A program made the position numbers and the translations under genes. Source: Verrucomicrobiota bacterium (GTDB taxonomy: Bacteria; Verrucomicrobiota; Verrucomicrobiia; Limisphaerales; Palsa-1400). From it: 64,000 bases of DNA. Shown here in pieces: positions 28,266-39,213 of this stretch (positions are counted from its first letter, which is position 1; every line of letters begins with the position of its first letter). The notes under the pieces were generated by a model, which did no database searches, was not told the origin of the DNA, and saw only the letters and a program-made list of their open reading frames with translations. The stretch lies in assembly GCA_049510745.1 (NCBI GenBank), contig JBEKYR010000022.1:1-64000 (forward strand). Direction: 5' to 3'.

Positions 28266-30386
28266 TTACGGCTCCCAGACGGCGCGCCAGAATTGGCGGG
28301 GCGTCCCGGCGGACACGGCGTTGGTCAGGCTCACCAGCGTGGCGGACGGGGTGTTGGTGGCGGCGGGCGTCCAGATCGTCAGGTTGGTGGAAACTTGCAG
28401 GACATAGGGAGCGCCGGGCTGGGCGCGCAGTTGCAGGACGAATTGGCTCGCGCCGGGCGCCATCGGCAGCGCCGACAACGCGGGCGCGGCGGGCGCAAAG
28501 GCGAAAACGGTGACCGAATAGGGCGCGAAGACGCAGGTGAAATTCGTGCCGGCCACGGAAAAACTGGTTTGAGCGATGTCGCACGAGCCAACGCCGGTTT
28601 CGGCCGCGTTGTCCTGGGGCATGCCGTAGGAATAGACGGTGGCGGCGGCGTTGGGCGCGAAGTTTGTCAAGACGATTTGCGCGGTGAAACTGGCAGCGGA
28701 GTCCTTGTTGATGACCAGCAGGGTCAGCGACCCGTTGGTCCGCCGGGCGGCGTAGGCGGAAAGGAGGCCGTAGTCGCTGGATGCGTTGAGGAAGGTGTCG
28801 CCGCCGCGGATAAAGTGCTGCATCAGCTTGGCGGTGAAAAACTGCGGGTAACGATTGGACAGGGTCGTGCCCAGCCCGTTGATTATGCCGAGGTCGCCAT
28901 ATTGGCGCCAGCCGTAGAGGTTCGGGTCCATATTGCCGGCAAGGTCCACGCCGTTGCGCAGGTCCCACCAGACGAATGAATTGAACTCCGTCTTCATGAG
29001 CTGGCAACAGCTCTCGGCGTAGTAGAGGCCGTTGACCAGGCTGACGGATTGCTTGCCTTGACTGCCGGCGTTGCTGTTGTTCTCCGTGACGAGCAGTTCG
29101 ATGTTCGTGCCGCCCGCGCCGAAATAGCCGGTGATTTGCCCGCGCAAATCGGCGGCGTCGCCGCTCCAATTGCCGGCCCCTTGCAGCAGGAACGGATCGC
29201 TCTCCGTATCGGTGTATTCGGGATACCAATGGTAAATGGCGAAGTCCGGCGTCACCCCAAGCTTCTTCAATGTGCTCAGCAGGACAGGAGTCCAGCCGTA
29301 ATGGACCTGGCCGGTGGCTGCATTGGTGGCGGGATGGTTGGTGTAGCCGTTGGCATTGGCGTCCTCGCCGGTGGTGACGACGACGCCGACCTTGATGGTG
29401 GGATCGGCGGCTTTCATTTGCTGGATGTATGATTGGGCGCGCGTGGCGTAGGTGTAGGGATCGTGGGGGTAGGTGTTGCTGTCGGTTTCCCAAGTGCCGT
29501 AGAGTTCGTTGCCGATTTCCCAGTACTTGAAGCCGTAATGGTTGGTCACGTTCGAGTTCCTGACCCAGGCGGCGGCCTCGGCGGGCGACCCGTTGCCGTA
29601 ATTGGCGGTGATGATGACGCGCGCGCCGATGTTGGTGGCCACCTGCGCAAAACTCCTGAAGGAAGTGGCCCATTGCCAGGTGTTGGAATCCGTCGTGTTG
29701 GACGCCCAATGATAGTCGTCGGACTCGGAGCCGCCCGGAAAGCGCAGGAACTGAAAGCCCGCTTCGTTCAGTTCGGAAATGGTTTCCGCGGTGTCGAAGT
29801 CGCCGTCCCAAACGGCGGTATTGATGCCGAACCAGCGAGGATCGGCCACGCGCAGGGCGTTGGTGGCGTCGAGGCCGATGTGCGTGGGGGACGGAGCGGG
29901 CACGAAGTTCAATTGGACGGCGGCGACGAAGAAGGTGTTGGTCGAACCGGAATCGGTGAGTTGCAGCCAGAAGCCATCGCAATTGGTCTGGTCCACGATT
30001 CCCAGGGCGGAGAAGGGAACGGTGAATTGCGCCCAGTTGTTTGGCGAAAAGGCCGGCAAAACAAAACTGGACTGCGGGTTGCCGTCGAGCTCGCCGAAGA
30101 CCTGGATCACCTGGCCGCCGCCGGCGCCGCCGTTCATCCAGAAGCTGAGGTTTGTGTAGGGCGCCGTGCTGAAGTCGGAGTGTTCGAACCGGAGCGCCTG
30201 CCAGTTGGTCGCGCTGGCGCTGATGCAATTGCTGCCGGCGTACGTGGCGCTGAAATTATTGGGCGCCCAACTCCAGTTCTGAAAACCATTGAGAAGCTCA
30301 TCCGTATAGATCGGCAGCGGCGCCTGGGCGGCAACCTTTTGCAGCAGCATCAGGCTGCACGCTGTCAGCAGGACGCGGAAATTCAT
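28266..30386 (-). CDS. Secreted glycoside hydrolase (clan GH-A, GH51/alpha-L-arabinofuranosidase-like) with N-terminal CBM-like module and C-terminal ...FWRA domain
   Basis: Signal peptide; LRFPGGSESDDYHW, YWEIGNE, VTENN, LLVINKD. Confidence 0.82.
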   Translation of the reverse strand: MNFRVLLTACSLMLLQKVAAQAPLPIYTDELLNGFQNWSWAPNNFSATYAGSNCISASATNWQALRFEHSDFSTAPYTNLSFWMNGGAGGGQVIQVFGELDGNPQSSFVLPAFSPNNWAQFTVPFSALGIVDQTNCDGFWLQLTDSGSTNTFFVAAVQLNFVPAPSPTHIGLDATNALRVADPRWFGINTAVWDGDFDTAETISELNEAGFQFLRFPGGSESDDYHWASNTTDSNTWQWATSFRSFAQVATNIGARVIITANYGNGSPAEAAAWVRNSNVTNHYGFKYWEIGNELYGTWETDSNTYPHDPYTYATRAQSYIQQMKAADPTIKVGVVVTTGEDANANGYTNHPATNAATGQVHYGWTPVLLSTLKKLGVTPDFAIYHWYPEYTDTESDPFLLQGAGNWSGDAADLRGQITGYFGAGGTNIELLVTENNSNAGSQGKQSVSLVNGLYYAESCCQLMKTEFNSFVWWDLRNGVDLAGNMDPNLYGWRQYGDLGIINGLGTTLSNRYPQFFTAKLMQHFIRGGDTFLNASSDYGLLSAYAARRTNGSLTLLVINKDSAASFTAQIVLTNFAPNAAATVYSYGMPQDNAAETGVGSCDIAQTSFSVAGTNFTCVFAPYSVTVFAFAPAAPALSALPMAPGASQFVLQLRAQPGAPYVLQVSTNLTIWTPAATNTPSATLVSLTNAVSAGTPRQFWRAVWEP

Positions 30387-30434
30387 TCCAGTCTATAACC
30401 CAATCCGCCGCAGAAAGCAAACCACCCCGCGCCC

Positions 30435-31385
30435 TCAGCGATGCGCGGAGGTGAGGGGCGCCAGGTATAGGAGATCTTTGTCAGCCGGGGACTGTGCGGT
30501 CCCGCCTGTGCCGCCTTGGCCGGGTAATAAATCTGACGGGGTGGTGTAGGTGCGCGGATCCAGCCACCTGTGAATGATCGAATGGCCGTCGGCAAAAGCT
30601 ATGCCGGCTGCCCGATTATGATTGCCGGAGGGCCAATCAATGATATAGGTGGTTGAAGCCGAATAGGCCGCCGATACCGCCAGGGACGCGTCGTTGATGG
30701 AGTAAGGGTTTTCGTCCATGATCACCCATGTGTTGCCCGGGCCTGGTTTGGTGAAGGCTGACGTTTTGCCATAGGTCAACCACGTGCTCTGAGGGACGGT
30801 GTAGCTGGTGCCGTCCAGCCATCCGCCTTGGACCGGCGCGCCGAGCGCGGGCGTTCCGCCGGCATAGTATTGGTACCAAGTCGTCCCAACGGCGGAGTTC
30901 ATGGACATGCTCCGCACATGCACTTGGTGCGATTGTGGGTCAATGTACTGGTCCGCCGGACAATGGTAAACGCCAGGGCTGGTCACATAATGAGCGAGCG
31001 CCGTGCCGACGGGGTCCGTGAGTTCGGCGATATTTGTCGAGTCAATCGCCTGTTCCATCGTGCCGCAAACCCAATTCTTCACATTGTTTTTCCTGGCAAA
31101 GGTCGCATAACAGGTCTCGTACGGATAATCATTGGGGGCGAGGATGTCATTGTTATCGTCCGCGTACATGCGCCAGCCCACCATGAGCTGGTGGCCGTTG
31201 CTCATGCACTGGGATGACTGCGCCTGCTGTTTGGCGAGCGCCAACGCCGGGAGGAGCAGGGCCGCCAAAATGGCGATGATGGCAATGACGACAAGCAACT
31301 CAATGAGTGTGAAACCGCCAGCCTGACAAGGCTGGCGCCGGCCTGAACCGGCCCCCAGCGTATTGGCAGATAAGATCATACGCAT
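30435..31385 (-). CDS. Prepilin-type N-terminal cleavage/methylation protein with H-X9-DG motif
   Basis: [38 protein letters not shown]. Confidence 0.92.
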   Translation of the reverse strand: MRMILSANTLGAGSGRRQPCQAGGFTLIELLVVIAIIAILAALLLPALALAKQQAQSSQCMSNGHQLMVGWRMYADDNNDILAPNDYPYETCYATFARKNNVKNWVCGTMEQAIDSTNIAELTDPVGTALAHYVTSPGVYHCPADQYIDPQSHQVHVRSMSMNSAVGTTWYQYYAGGTPALGAPVQGGWLDGTSYTVPQSTWLTYGKTSAFTKPGPGNTWVIMDENPYSINDASLAVSAAYSASTTYIIDWPSGNHNRAAGIAFADGHSIIHRWLDPRTYTTPSDLLPGQGGTGGTAQSPADKDLLYLAPLTSAHR

Positions 31386-31399
31386 TTGTGTTTTTTTCC

Positions 31400-31439
31400 A
31401 ACCAAAGAAAGGCGCCGGCCGGCGGGCCGGCCGGCGCCT
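31400..31439 (-). terminator. GC-rich hairpin followed by TTCTTT on the minus strand; probable partial intrinsic terminator
   Basis: AGGCGCCGGCCGGC-gg-GCCGGCCGGCGCCT (31410-31439). Confidence 0.6.
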
Positions 31440-31452
31440 CGCATCACACCAA

Positions 31453-33816
31453 TCAAGGATTCTCCAATTCGAAGAAGAAGTTGCCGCTGGTTGGCAGGTT
31501 GGTGATGTCAACTTCCGATGAGAAATAAGTCGCATCAAGATACGCGCCAGCGGTCAGAGTCGCGTTCGTGCCCCAACCGGACGGCCCCGCGGTCGTGTTG
31601 GTCAGCACCATCAAACCGGCTCCAGCATTCGCTGTCCAGTTCAGGGAGAACATGGTGTTGGTCCCGATGAGATAGATGCCATTCGCTGTTTTGCTATCCG
31701 ACGTGTCGTCCCATTGGACGCCGCTGAGAGTCCCAGTCCAGGCCTGACCCTGGCCGGGGATGGCATTCCCCCCGCTGCCGGCGGGGCCTGCTTCGCCGCC
31801 ATTGGCGGCGGAGCCGGTATTGGCCTCGGCCACAAAGTCTTGCGAGAGCGGGGTGACACCACCACCCGAGATGGAGACTTTCTGGAGGACCCATCGGGTG
31901 CCTTCGCTGGCGGCGCCGTTGCCTTGCGCGCCGAAATAGACATACATGTTACCCGGCGGGAAATTGGCTTCCACATCAGCCGATTGGAGGCCCAACGGGA
32001 ACGGCAGGGTGACGGAGTCGTGGTTGGGAGCCACGCAAAGGATGCTGGTGTTACCCGAGATGGTGAACGACCACGTTCCCACAGTCGGCCCGTAATTGGT
32101 CCACGTCGGGTCCGGGAAGGCATTACTGGTTACGGTGGCCCCATTTATCTGGGTGGGAGAATCGTAGAGATCCCCATTGCTGTTAGCCTGATTCGTTTTG
32201 CACTGCAACTGGACGATGGAAGCTGTGCCATTATTGGTGGGAGTGACGGTGATCTTGAAAATTGACTCGTCAGCCCAGTCCGGTTCATAAGACGTGCCGT
32301 TTTCATCAAAGGCGATTACACCGAAGCTGGAGTTTGTGCCCGGAGTATAGCCATAGGTCACGCTGTAGGTAACCGGGCCGGTGGCGTCCACGAATGAGTA
32401 GCCAGAGGCCAGCGTGCAGATTTGTTCGCGATCATACTGGGCATTGCCGGCCGTTCCGGTAAAGTTGCACTGCAAGCCGGGAACAGGCTTGGCCAGCGTC
32501 ACGGTCGCCTGATTAGGATGCGTGGGTATGACGGCTCCATCGAAGGTGATGTTATCGATCCAAAATGCCACGGTGCCATTGATATTTGGTGTCCCCACCC
32601 ATTTCTTGAACCATATGCCAAGCATCTGGACATCGGCAGGCTTAACAGTAGTAATCGGACAAACGATATGCTGCCATGAGTTGGAGGCCGCATCCGGGAT
32701 GTAGGTGGTCTTGGTACCGCAGATTTCATCCTGACCGCCGCCGCCGGTGGGATTGGGAATGGGACTGTTTTCGTAGGCGCCAATGGGAAACCCGGCGACG
32801 TCTCCCTCGAGGTTGAAGGTGTCAATGTCCACGGTGGAATTGTTGGTGTCCCAGAGCACATCCAACTCAATGGCGGAGTACTGCGCGGCATTGATTAGAA
32901 AGGCAGCGTTGGTTTCGACTTCGAAATTAGCGAGATTGGTGTCGAAAGGAATGCCCAAGACGAGGGCGTTGTTGCCGGAGGCGAATTGGGCTGAAATATA
33001 GAGTGAACCTGAATTGGTGTTGCCCTTGGAATCGTTGGTGCTCCAGGTCACGTAATTGGTCTCGCCATACCACGGGTTGGACAAATCAGTGATCCCGTTC
33101 AGGGTGGCGCCCTCAATCGCCACGACGCTCGAGGAGTCGTTAAACTGGAACGTGGCGGGGGCGTAGTTCGGGTATGTCGCGGCGGGGGCGGTGAACTTGA
33201 CGTTGGCAATTTCAACGATCAGAGTCCCGGCGTTGGTGTAATTATTGTCATACGGATCAATGTCGAGGGCCTTGATATCATTCCAATTGGTGGCCGCAGG
33301 GGGGCCTCCCATGCTGCTGGCCGGCCAGATGACATGCATCCAGCCGTTATTGGTGGCAACAGGGGCCAGGTTAAAGCCGGGGCTGCCTTGCCAGTTCCAG
33401 CCGCCACCTGTCTTGAGTGCCCCTTGGAACCAGCAGGCAGTGCCGTATTGGTCCAAAGCCGAACCGGGGGCGACTTTGACGTCCATCTCGATGGCGGTGT
33501 AGGTGCTGGCGTTAAAGTCATTCAAGCCAATAGTGATTCCAATATTGGCGTCTGTGCCCCCGGGGCCATAGGAGCTTGTTAACACCATGCAACCGGTCGA
33601 GGGGCCGCCCGCAGGGGCGTCACCGGCCTTAAAAGTGATGGTGGTTCCGGGTACGTTTGGATTTCCAAAGTCATACGACCATGCATTGATGTCTGCGCTG
33701 CTGTCGAAGGTGCTGACAACGTGAATAATCTGGCCGTAAGCGGCCCCGGCGCCGGCGGTGAAGATCAGACATGCCAGAGCGGCATGCGACCAGCATTTTT
33801 TAAAGGATGTTTTCAT
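31453..33816 (-). CDS. Large secreted Thr/Asn/Gly-rich protein with two CBM-like modules and C-terminal ...FFFEL domain
   Basis: Signal peptide MKTSFKKC...AAYG; two similar segments ([46 protein letters not shown]). Confidence 0.78.
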   Translation of the reverse strand: MKTSFKKCWSHAALACLIFTAGAGAAYGQIIHVVSTFDSSADINAWSYDFGNPNVPGTTITFKAGDAPAGGPSTGCMVLTSSYGPGGTDANIGITIGLNDFNASTYTAIEMDVKVAPGSALDQYGTACWFQGALKTGGGWNWQGSPGFNLAPVATNNGWMHVIWPASSMGGPPAATNWNDIKALDIDPYDNNYTNAGTLIVEIANVKFTAPAATYPNYAPATFQFNDSSSVVAIEGATLNGITDLSNPWYGETNYVTWSTNDSKGNTNSGSLYISAQFASGNNALVLGIPFDTNLANFEVETNAAFLINAAQYSAIELDVLWDTNNSTVDIDTFNLEGDVAGFPIGAYENSPIPNPTGGGGQDEICGTKTTYIPDAASNSWQHIVCPITTVKPADVQMLGIWFKKWVGTPNINGTVAFWIDNITFDGAVIPTHPNQATVTLAKPVPGLQCNFTGTAGNAQYDREQICTLASGYSFVDATGPVTYSVTYGYTPGTNSSFGVIAFDENGTSYEPDWADESIFKITVTPTNNGTASIVQLQCKTNQANSNGDLYDSPTQINGATVTSNAFPDPTWTNYGPTVGTWSFTISGNTSILCVAPNHDSVTLPFPLGLQSADVEANFPPGNMYVYFGAQGNGAASEGTRWVLQKVSISGGGVTPLSQDFVAEANTGSAANGGEAGPAGSGGNAIPGQGQAWTGTLSGVQWDDTSDSKTANGIYLIGTNTMFSLNWTANAGAGLMVLTNTTAGPSGWGTNATLTAGAYLDATYFSSEVDITNLPTSGNFFFELENP

Positions 33817-34140
33817 AACGCATTTTTCCGACCGATTCTTATACGATGCTGAGTTTATTTGGATGTTTGCCATGCGCTTTTCGATTCGGACCCGAAGCCA
33901 AAAGACGCATGTATTCTCATGGAATGCCGCGATTCTCGGCTTTCGCGCCGGAATTGTCACGCACGCATTGGTCACGCCCTCTTATCATACTAAAGTATAG
34001 GTCTTTAGTAACCGGAGTGCCGTATTGACGGAAACGCCGATTTGTTCAGACTGCTCCCGACCATGGTTGTCATCTCCTCATTTCGATTGGAGGTCAATCG
34101 CCGCATTGATGTTTCAGCGATATTCTGGCACGATGGCAGC

Positions 34141-36294
34141 GTGAAAGCAAGCTATTTTGATCCGGCAAAAAGCCCCTTTTCCCTGTGGATTGTCCTGCTG
34201 CCCACCCTGGTGTTTTCCGTCGCGGCCAGGAGGGCGGCGGCGCAAACGGCGGAACTTCCCACCCTCACTTCGGTGCGCCAGGTTCGGGAAGTGACGCCCG
34301 AACAGGCCGCCAAACGATACCCGGTGCGTCTGCGGGGGGTCGTGACTTTTTGCGAGGCATCGTATGACATGGGAATGTTTATTCACGACGCCACCGGGGG
34401 GATTTACGTCAAGCTGAACGAGGGGACAATCAACCTCAACGCGGGCGACGACGTGGAGATCGAGGGCCGCAGCGGGCCGGGAGATTTTGTGCCGGTGGTG
34501 CGGCTTGAGCGGGTGAAAGTTCTGGGCCGGGCGGCGCTGCCCGACCCTGACCGCGTCACTTATGAGCAGTTGGCCACCGGCAGCGAGGACGGCCAATGGG
34601 TCGAACTGCGTGGAGTGGTGCGCTCGATTGTTCCTTCGGTGCGGGGGCACATGCTGGTTGATCTGCTGACCGATGGCCAGCGGCTGAGCGCGCTGGTCAC
34701 GCGATTCGATCCGGCCGACGCGGAGAAGCTCATTGCCGCGACCGTGCGGGTGCGCGGCGTCTGCCGCACCAGTTTCAATAACCGCCGCCAAATGCGCGCC
34801 CCGTTCCTAAGCGTGACCAGTTCCGATGACCTGACGATGGAAACGCCGGCGGCGGGCGGGACGGTGGAAGTGCCGCTGGCCCGGCTCTTCCAATTCAACT
34901 CGCAAGGTTACTATGGCCGGCGGGTCAGAGTGCAAGGCGTGGTGACGGCGCAGAAAGGGACCTCGCTGTTCATCCAGGACCAAGGCGAGGGCCTGTCGAT
35001 CAAAACCCCCCAGACCAACCTGTTCTTTCCCGGCGATCTGGTGGTCGTGGCCGGGTTTCCCACCGTCGGCCAGTATTTGCCCGTGCTGGAGGACGCCATG
35101 GTGCAGCGCCTGGGCCATCGCTCTCCGCCGCCGCCCATCAACGCGAGGATTAATCAGTTGATGTCCGAGGATTATGACGGCGCGCTGGTCCGGTTGCGGG
35201 GCCGGCTGATGAACCGGGCATTGCGCGGTGACGAGCAGGTGCTGGTGCTGGAGGCGGAGAACCTGATTCTGAGCGCCCGGGTGGACACCGCCAACACCGA
35301 CCGCCGCTTCAACGCCTTGCAGATTGGCAGTGAATTGGAGTTGACAGGCGTTTGCCTGCCGCAGCCCATGGAAAACTGGAATCCCTCCATTGAAACCCAC
35401 CCCGAATCGTTCCAATTGTTGCTGCGCTCCTCCAACGACGTGGTGGTCCTCCGCAATCCGCCGTGGTGGACGCTCTCCCGGCTGCTCTGGACGCTGGGCG
35501 TGATGACGGTGATTCTGCTGGCGGGCTTCGCCTGGGTTTTTGTGCTGAACCGGCGGGTGCGCCACCAGACGGCCATCATTCAACAGAAACTCCAGCGGGA
35601 GGCGGTGCTGGAAGAGCGCACGCGCATCGCGCGCGAATTTCACGACACGCTCGAGCAGGAACTGGTGGCCATCACCATCCAACTGGAAACGGTCGCCGAC
35701 CAATTCAACACCGCCCCGCGCATCGCGCGCCAGATGCTCGAACTGGCGCGGCAAATGAGCCGGCGCAGCCTCTTTGAAGCGCGCCGCTCGGTCTGGGATT
35801 TGCGCTCGCACCTGCTGGAAAACAGCAACCTGGACTCCGCCTTGCGCGAAGTCACCAAACTGATGTCGGCCAGTTCGTGCGTGCCCATTGCGGCGGAGAC
35901 CAGCGGCGTGCCGCGCAAATTGCCGCCGCAAGTGGAGAACAACCTGCTGCGCATCGCCCAGGAAGCGCTGGCCAACGCGCTCAAGCACGCCCGCGCCAGC
36001 CAGATCACCGTCCACCTGGCTTATGACCCCGGCAAAGTCTCTTTGCGGGTGGAGGATGACGGGGTGGGGTTCGACACCAACAACAGCGCGGTCGTTTATG
36101 GCGGCCATTTCGGATTGCTGGACATGAGCGAACGGGCGGAAAAGATGGGCGGCTCTTTCACGATGATCAGCGCGCCCGGCCAGGGCGCCAAAATCATCGT
36201 CGAGTTCGCGGAAAGAGGCGCGGCTGTGGCCGCCGCCGCCGGGCCGGAGCGCCAGTTGCATTTGCCCGCCGCCGGACGATCTGAATTTTTATGA
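34141..36294 (+). CDS. Membrane sensor histidine kinase (HisKA_3) with repeated extracytoplasmic modules
   Basis: EERTRIAREFHDTLEQ, QEALANALKH, DDGVGF, GHFGL; repeats VRLRGVVT/VELRGVV/VRVQGVVT/VRLRGRL. Start uncertain. Confidence 0.9.
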   Translation: MKASYFDPAKSPFSLWIVLLPTLVFSVAARRAAAQTAELPTLTSVRQVREVTPEQAAKRYPVRLRGVVTFCEASYDMGMFIHDATGGIYVKLNEGTINLNAGDDVEIEGRSGPGDFVPVVRLERVKVLGRAALPDPDRVTYEQLATGSEDGQWVELRGVVRSIVPSVRGHMLVDLLTDGQRLSALVTRFDPADAEKLIAATVRVRGVCRTSFNNRRQMRAPFLSVTSSDDLTMETPAAGGTVEVPLARLFQFNSQGYYGRRVRVQGVVTAQKGTSLFIQDQGEGLSIKTPQTNLFFPGDLVVVAGFPTVGQYLPVLEDAMVQRLGHRSPPPPINARINQLMSEDYDGALVRLRGRLMNRALRGDEQVLVLEAENLILSARVDTANTDRRFNALQIGSELELTGVCLPQPMENWNPSIETHPESFQLLLRSSNDVVVLRNPPWWTLSRLLWTLGVMTVILLAGFAWVFVLNRRVRHQTAIIQQKLQREAVLEERTRIAREFHDTLEQELVAITIQLETVADQFNTAPRIARQMLELARQMSRRSLFEARRSVWDLRSHLLENSNLDSALREVTKLMSASSCVPIAAETSGVPRKLPPQVENNLLRIAQEALANALKHARASQITVHLAYDPGKVSLRVEDDGVGFDTNNSAVVYGGHFGLLDMSERAEKMGGSFTMISAPGQGAKIIVEFAERGAAVAAAAGPERQLHLPAAGRSEFL

Positions 36295-36929
36295 CAGCGG
36301 ACGCCAAAAAGAAAATCAGCGTCATGGTGGTCGATGACCATTTCGTGGTGCGCATGGGTTTGAGCGGCTCGATCAACGTCGAAGCCGACATGGCTGTCAC
36401 GACCGAAGCCTCCACGGGCGAGCAAGCCGTGGCCGCCTACCGCCAGCACCGGCCGGACATCGTTTTGATGGATTTGAAACTGCCGGGCATAAGCGGGGTG
36501 GAGGCGACCAAGGCCATCTGCACCGAGTTCCCCGGCGCGGCCGTCATCATGCTTTCGACCCACGACGGCGAGGAGGACATTTATCGCTCGCTCCAGGCCG
36601 GGGCGCGCACCTACCTCCTCAAGACCGCCGCGCGCAACGAGTTGATCGACACTATCCGCGCCGTCCATGCGGGCCAGCGGGCCATCTCGCCGGCGGTCGG
36701 AGCGCGCCTGGCCGAACGGATGATGCACCCGGACCTGACGGCGCGGGAGATCGACGTGTTGCGCTTGATCGTCAAGGGCCGGAGCAACAAGGAAATCGCC
36801 GCCGACTTGTTCATTGCCGAGGTCACCGTCAAGCTGCACGTGGGCCATATTCTGACCAAACTGAGCGTCAACGACCGCACCCAGGCCGCCACCACCGCCC
36901 TGCAACGCGGCCTCATTCATCTCGAGTAA
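36291..36929 (+). CDS. NarL/LuxR family response regulator
   Basis: VVDDH, DIVLMD, LTAREIDVL...SNKEIA...DRTQA. Confidence 0.95.
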   Translation: MTADAKKKISVMVVDDHFVVRMGLSGSINVEADMAVTTEASTGEQAVAAYRQHRPDIVLMDLKLPGISGVEATKAICTEFPGAAVIMLSTHDGEEDIYRSLQAGARTYLLKTAARNELIDTIRAVHAGQRAISPAVGARLAERMMHPDLTAREIDVLRLIVKGRSNKEIAADLFIAEVTVKLHVGHILTKLSVNDRTQAATTALQRGLIHLE

Positions 36930-36939
36930 CCCCCCCATT

Positions 36940-39141
36940 GTGAATAACCAATCCATCTTGTTCGCCGCTTTCATGTCGATAACAACTGCCCCTTTGCTCC
37001 CGGCCGCGGAACAGCCGCTTTACCTGGACGCCCGCCAGCCCCGCCAAGCGCGGGTGGAGGATTTGCTCCAGCGCCTGACCCTGGAAGAGAAGGTGTCGCT
37101 CGTGCATGGAGACTCGTATTTCGGCACGGCCCCCATCCCGCGCCTGGGCATCGCCCGCCGCTGGCTTTCCGACGGCCCTCACGGAGTGCGGGAAGACATC
37201 GGGCCGGATACTTGGAGAACGGCCGGGCACACCGATGACTTTTCCACTTGCATGCCCGCCGGCATTGCGCTGGCCGCAACCTGGAATCCCGGCCTGGCGC
37301 GCGCGGAGGGCGAAGCCATCGGCCAGGAAGCGCGCCAGCGCGGCAAACAGATCATGCTCGGACCCGGCCTCAACATCGAGCGGACGCCGTTGTGCGGACG
37401 CAGCTTCGAATACATGGGCGAGGACCCGTTTCTGACCGCGCGCATGGCGGTGGATTACATTCGCGGCGTCCAATCCCAGGGCGTGGCCTCCTGCGCCAAG
37501 CATTTTGCCGGCAACAACCAGGAATGGGACCGCTTTACCATCAACGTCGAGGTCGATGAGCGCGCCTTGCGGGAGATTTATCTTCCGGCCTTCCGGGCGG
37601 CGGTGCAGGAGGCCGGCGTCTGGGCCGTCATGGGCGCCTACAACAAACTCCGCGGCCAGTTCTGTTGCCAAAACGATTTTCTCCTCAACAAAATCCTCAA
37701 AGGCGAGTGGGGCTTCCAAGGACTGGTCGTCTCCGATTGGGCCGCCACCCACGACACCCGGGAAGCGGTCTTGAACGGTTTGGACCTCGAAATGGGAACC
37801 CAAACCAATTTCGACCGGTTTTTCCTGGCAACCCCTTATCTGGATGGCTTGCGCAAGGGCCAGTTCCCGATGTCGGGCCTGGACGACAAAGTGCGGCGCA
37901 ATCTCAGGGTCATGATGGCCGCCCACATGTTTGATCCCGGCCCGCCAGGCTCCCTGAACACCCCCGAACACCAAGCCGTGGCCCGCCGCGTCGCCGAGGA
38001 AGCCATCGTCCTGCTGAAAAACGACGGCGGCGCGCTCCCTCTGGATGTGTCCGCCATCAAGTCCCTGGCCGTCATCGGCGAGAACGCGGTCGCGTTGCAG
38101 GCGCATGGCGGCGAGAGTTCGGCGATCAAGCCGCTTTATGAAATTACGCCCTTGCAGGGCATCCTTCAGCGCGCGGGCAGCCGCGTCAACATCACTTACG
38201 CGCGGGGTTACGGCGAGAACGCCGACGCCGGCCTGGTCGAGCAAGCGGTGCGGGCCGCCCGGCAAGCGGACGCGGTCATCGTGGTGGCCGGGTTGGGGCA
38301 TGGGCCTTTTTGCGACACCGAAGGGACGGACCGCAAAGACCTCAAGCTGCCTTTCGGGCAGGACGACCTGATCGACAAAGTCCGCCAAGCCAATCCCAGG
38401 ACCATCGTGCTCGTGGTGGCCGGTTCGCCGGTGGAAATGGACCCCTGGCTGGCGGGCGTGCCGGCGGTTTTGCAGTGCTGGTATTCGGGCATGGAAGGCG
38501 GCAACGCCATCGCGCGGGTGCTCTTCGGCGACGTGACCCCTTCGGGCAAACTGCCCTGCACCTTTCCCAGGCATCTGGCCGACTCGCCCGCCCATGCGCT
38601 GCACGCCTATCCCGGCCAGGACGGCACCGTGCGCTATGAAGAGGGGTTGCTCGTTGGATACCGCTACTTCGACACGAAAAACGTCGAACCCCTCTTTCCG
38701 TTCGGTCACGGCTTGTCTTACACCCGGTTTGAGTATTCCAAGTTCGAGCTGGCCAGGAACACCTCGGCGGGAGACCCCGTCGTGAGCGTGAAATTCGAGA
38801 TGGCCAACGTCGGGGACCGCAACGGCGGCGAGGTGGCGCAAGTCTATGTGCATCAACTCCATCCGGGACTGCCCCGCCCCCTCAAGGAACTCAAAGGCTT
38901 CAGCAAGGTCTTCCTGGCGCCAAACGAGAAGCAGGCCGTTTCCATTCCGTTGGACGAGAGCGCCTTTGCCTATTACGACCCGGACAAGGGCGGCTGGCTG
39001 GCGGAGAAGGGCGACTTCGAAATCCTGGTCGGCAGCTCCTCGCGGGACATCCGATGGAAAGGCACATTCACCCTGGACCAGACGACGTTGCGGCCGCCGG
39101 CGCTTTCCGCGCAATTGAAAACGCAGACCGCGCCACAGTAG
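36940..39141 (+). CDS. Secreted GH3 beta-glucosidase/beta-xylosidase with Fn3-like domain
   Basis: SDGPHGVR, GRSFEYMGEDP, AKHFAGN, VVSDW, EGTDR, PFGHGLSYT, LKGF.K. Confidence 0.94.
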   Translation: MNNQSILFAAFMSITTAPLLPAAEQPLYLDARQPRQARVEDLLQRLTLEEKVSLVHGDSYFGTAPIPRLGIARRWLSDGPHGVREDIGPDTWRTAGHTDDFSTCMPAGIALAATWNPGLARAEGEAIGQEARQRGKQIMLGPGLNIERTPLCGRSFEYMGEDPFLTARMAVDYIRGVQSQGVASCAKHFAGNNQEWDRFTINVEVDERALREIYLPAFRAAVQEAGVWAVMGAYNKLRGQFCCQNDFLLNKILKGEWGFQGLVVSDWAATHDTREAVLNGLDLEMGTQTNFDRFFLATPYLDGLRKGQFPMSGLDDKVRRNLRVMMAAHMFDPGPPGSLNTPEHQAVARRVAEEAIVLLKNDGGALPLDVSAIKSLAVIGENAVALQAHGGESSAIKPLYEITPLQGILQRAGSRVNITYARGYGENADAGLVEQAVRAARQADAVIVVAGLGHGPFCDTEGTDRKDLKLPFGQDDLIDKVRQANPRTIVLVVAGSPVEMDPWLAGVPAVLQCWYSGMEGGNAIARVLFGDVTPSGKLPCTFPRHLADSPAHALHAYPGQDGTVRYEEGLLVGYRYFDTKNVEPLFPFGHGLSYTRFEYSKFELARNTSAGDPVVSVKFEMANVGDRNGGEVAQVYVHQLHPGLPRPLKELKGFSKVFLAPNEKQAVSIPLDESAFAYYDPDKGGWLAEKGDFEILVGSSSRDIRWKGTFTLDQTTLRPPALSAQLKTQTAPQ

Positions 39142-39213
39142 TGGCGGAACTTGGGCAGGTTGAATGGCGCAACCAACCTTTGCGGCCATAGGAGTTTGCA
39201 GACACGCTCTTAA

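Noticed and set aside
36913..39189. Long antisense or alternate-frame ORFs (also 22126..24234, 28111..30228, 49071..50837)
   Set aside because: Shadow ORFs typical of high-GC DNA over well-supported genes.
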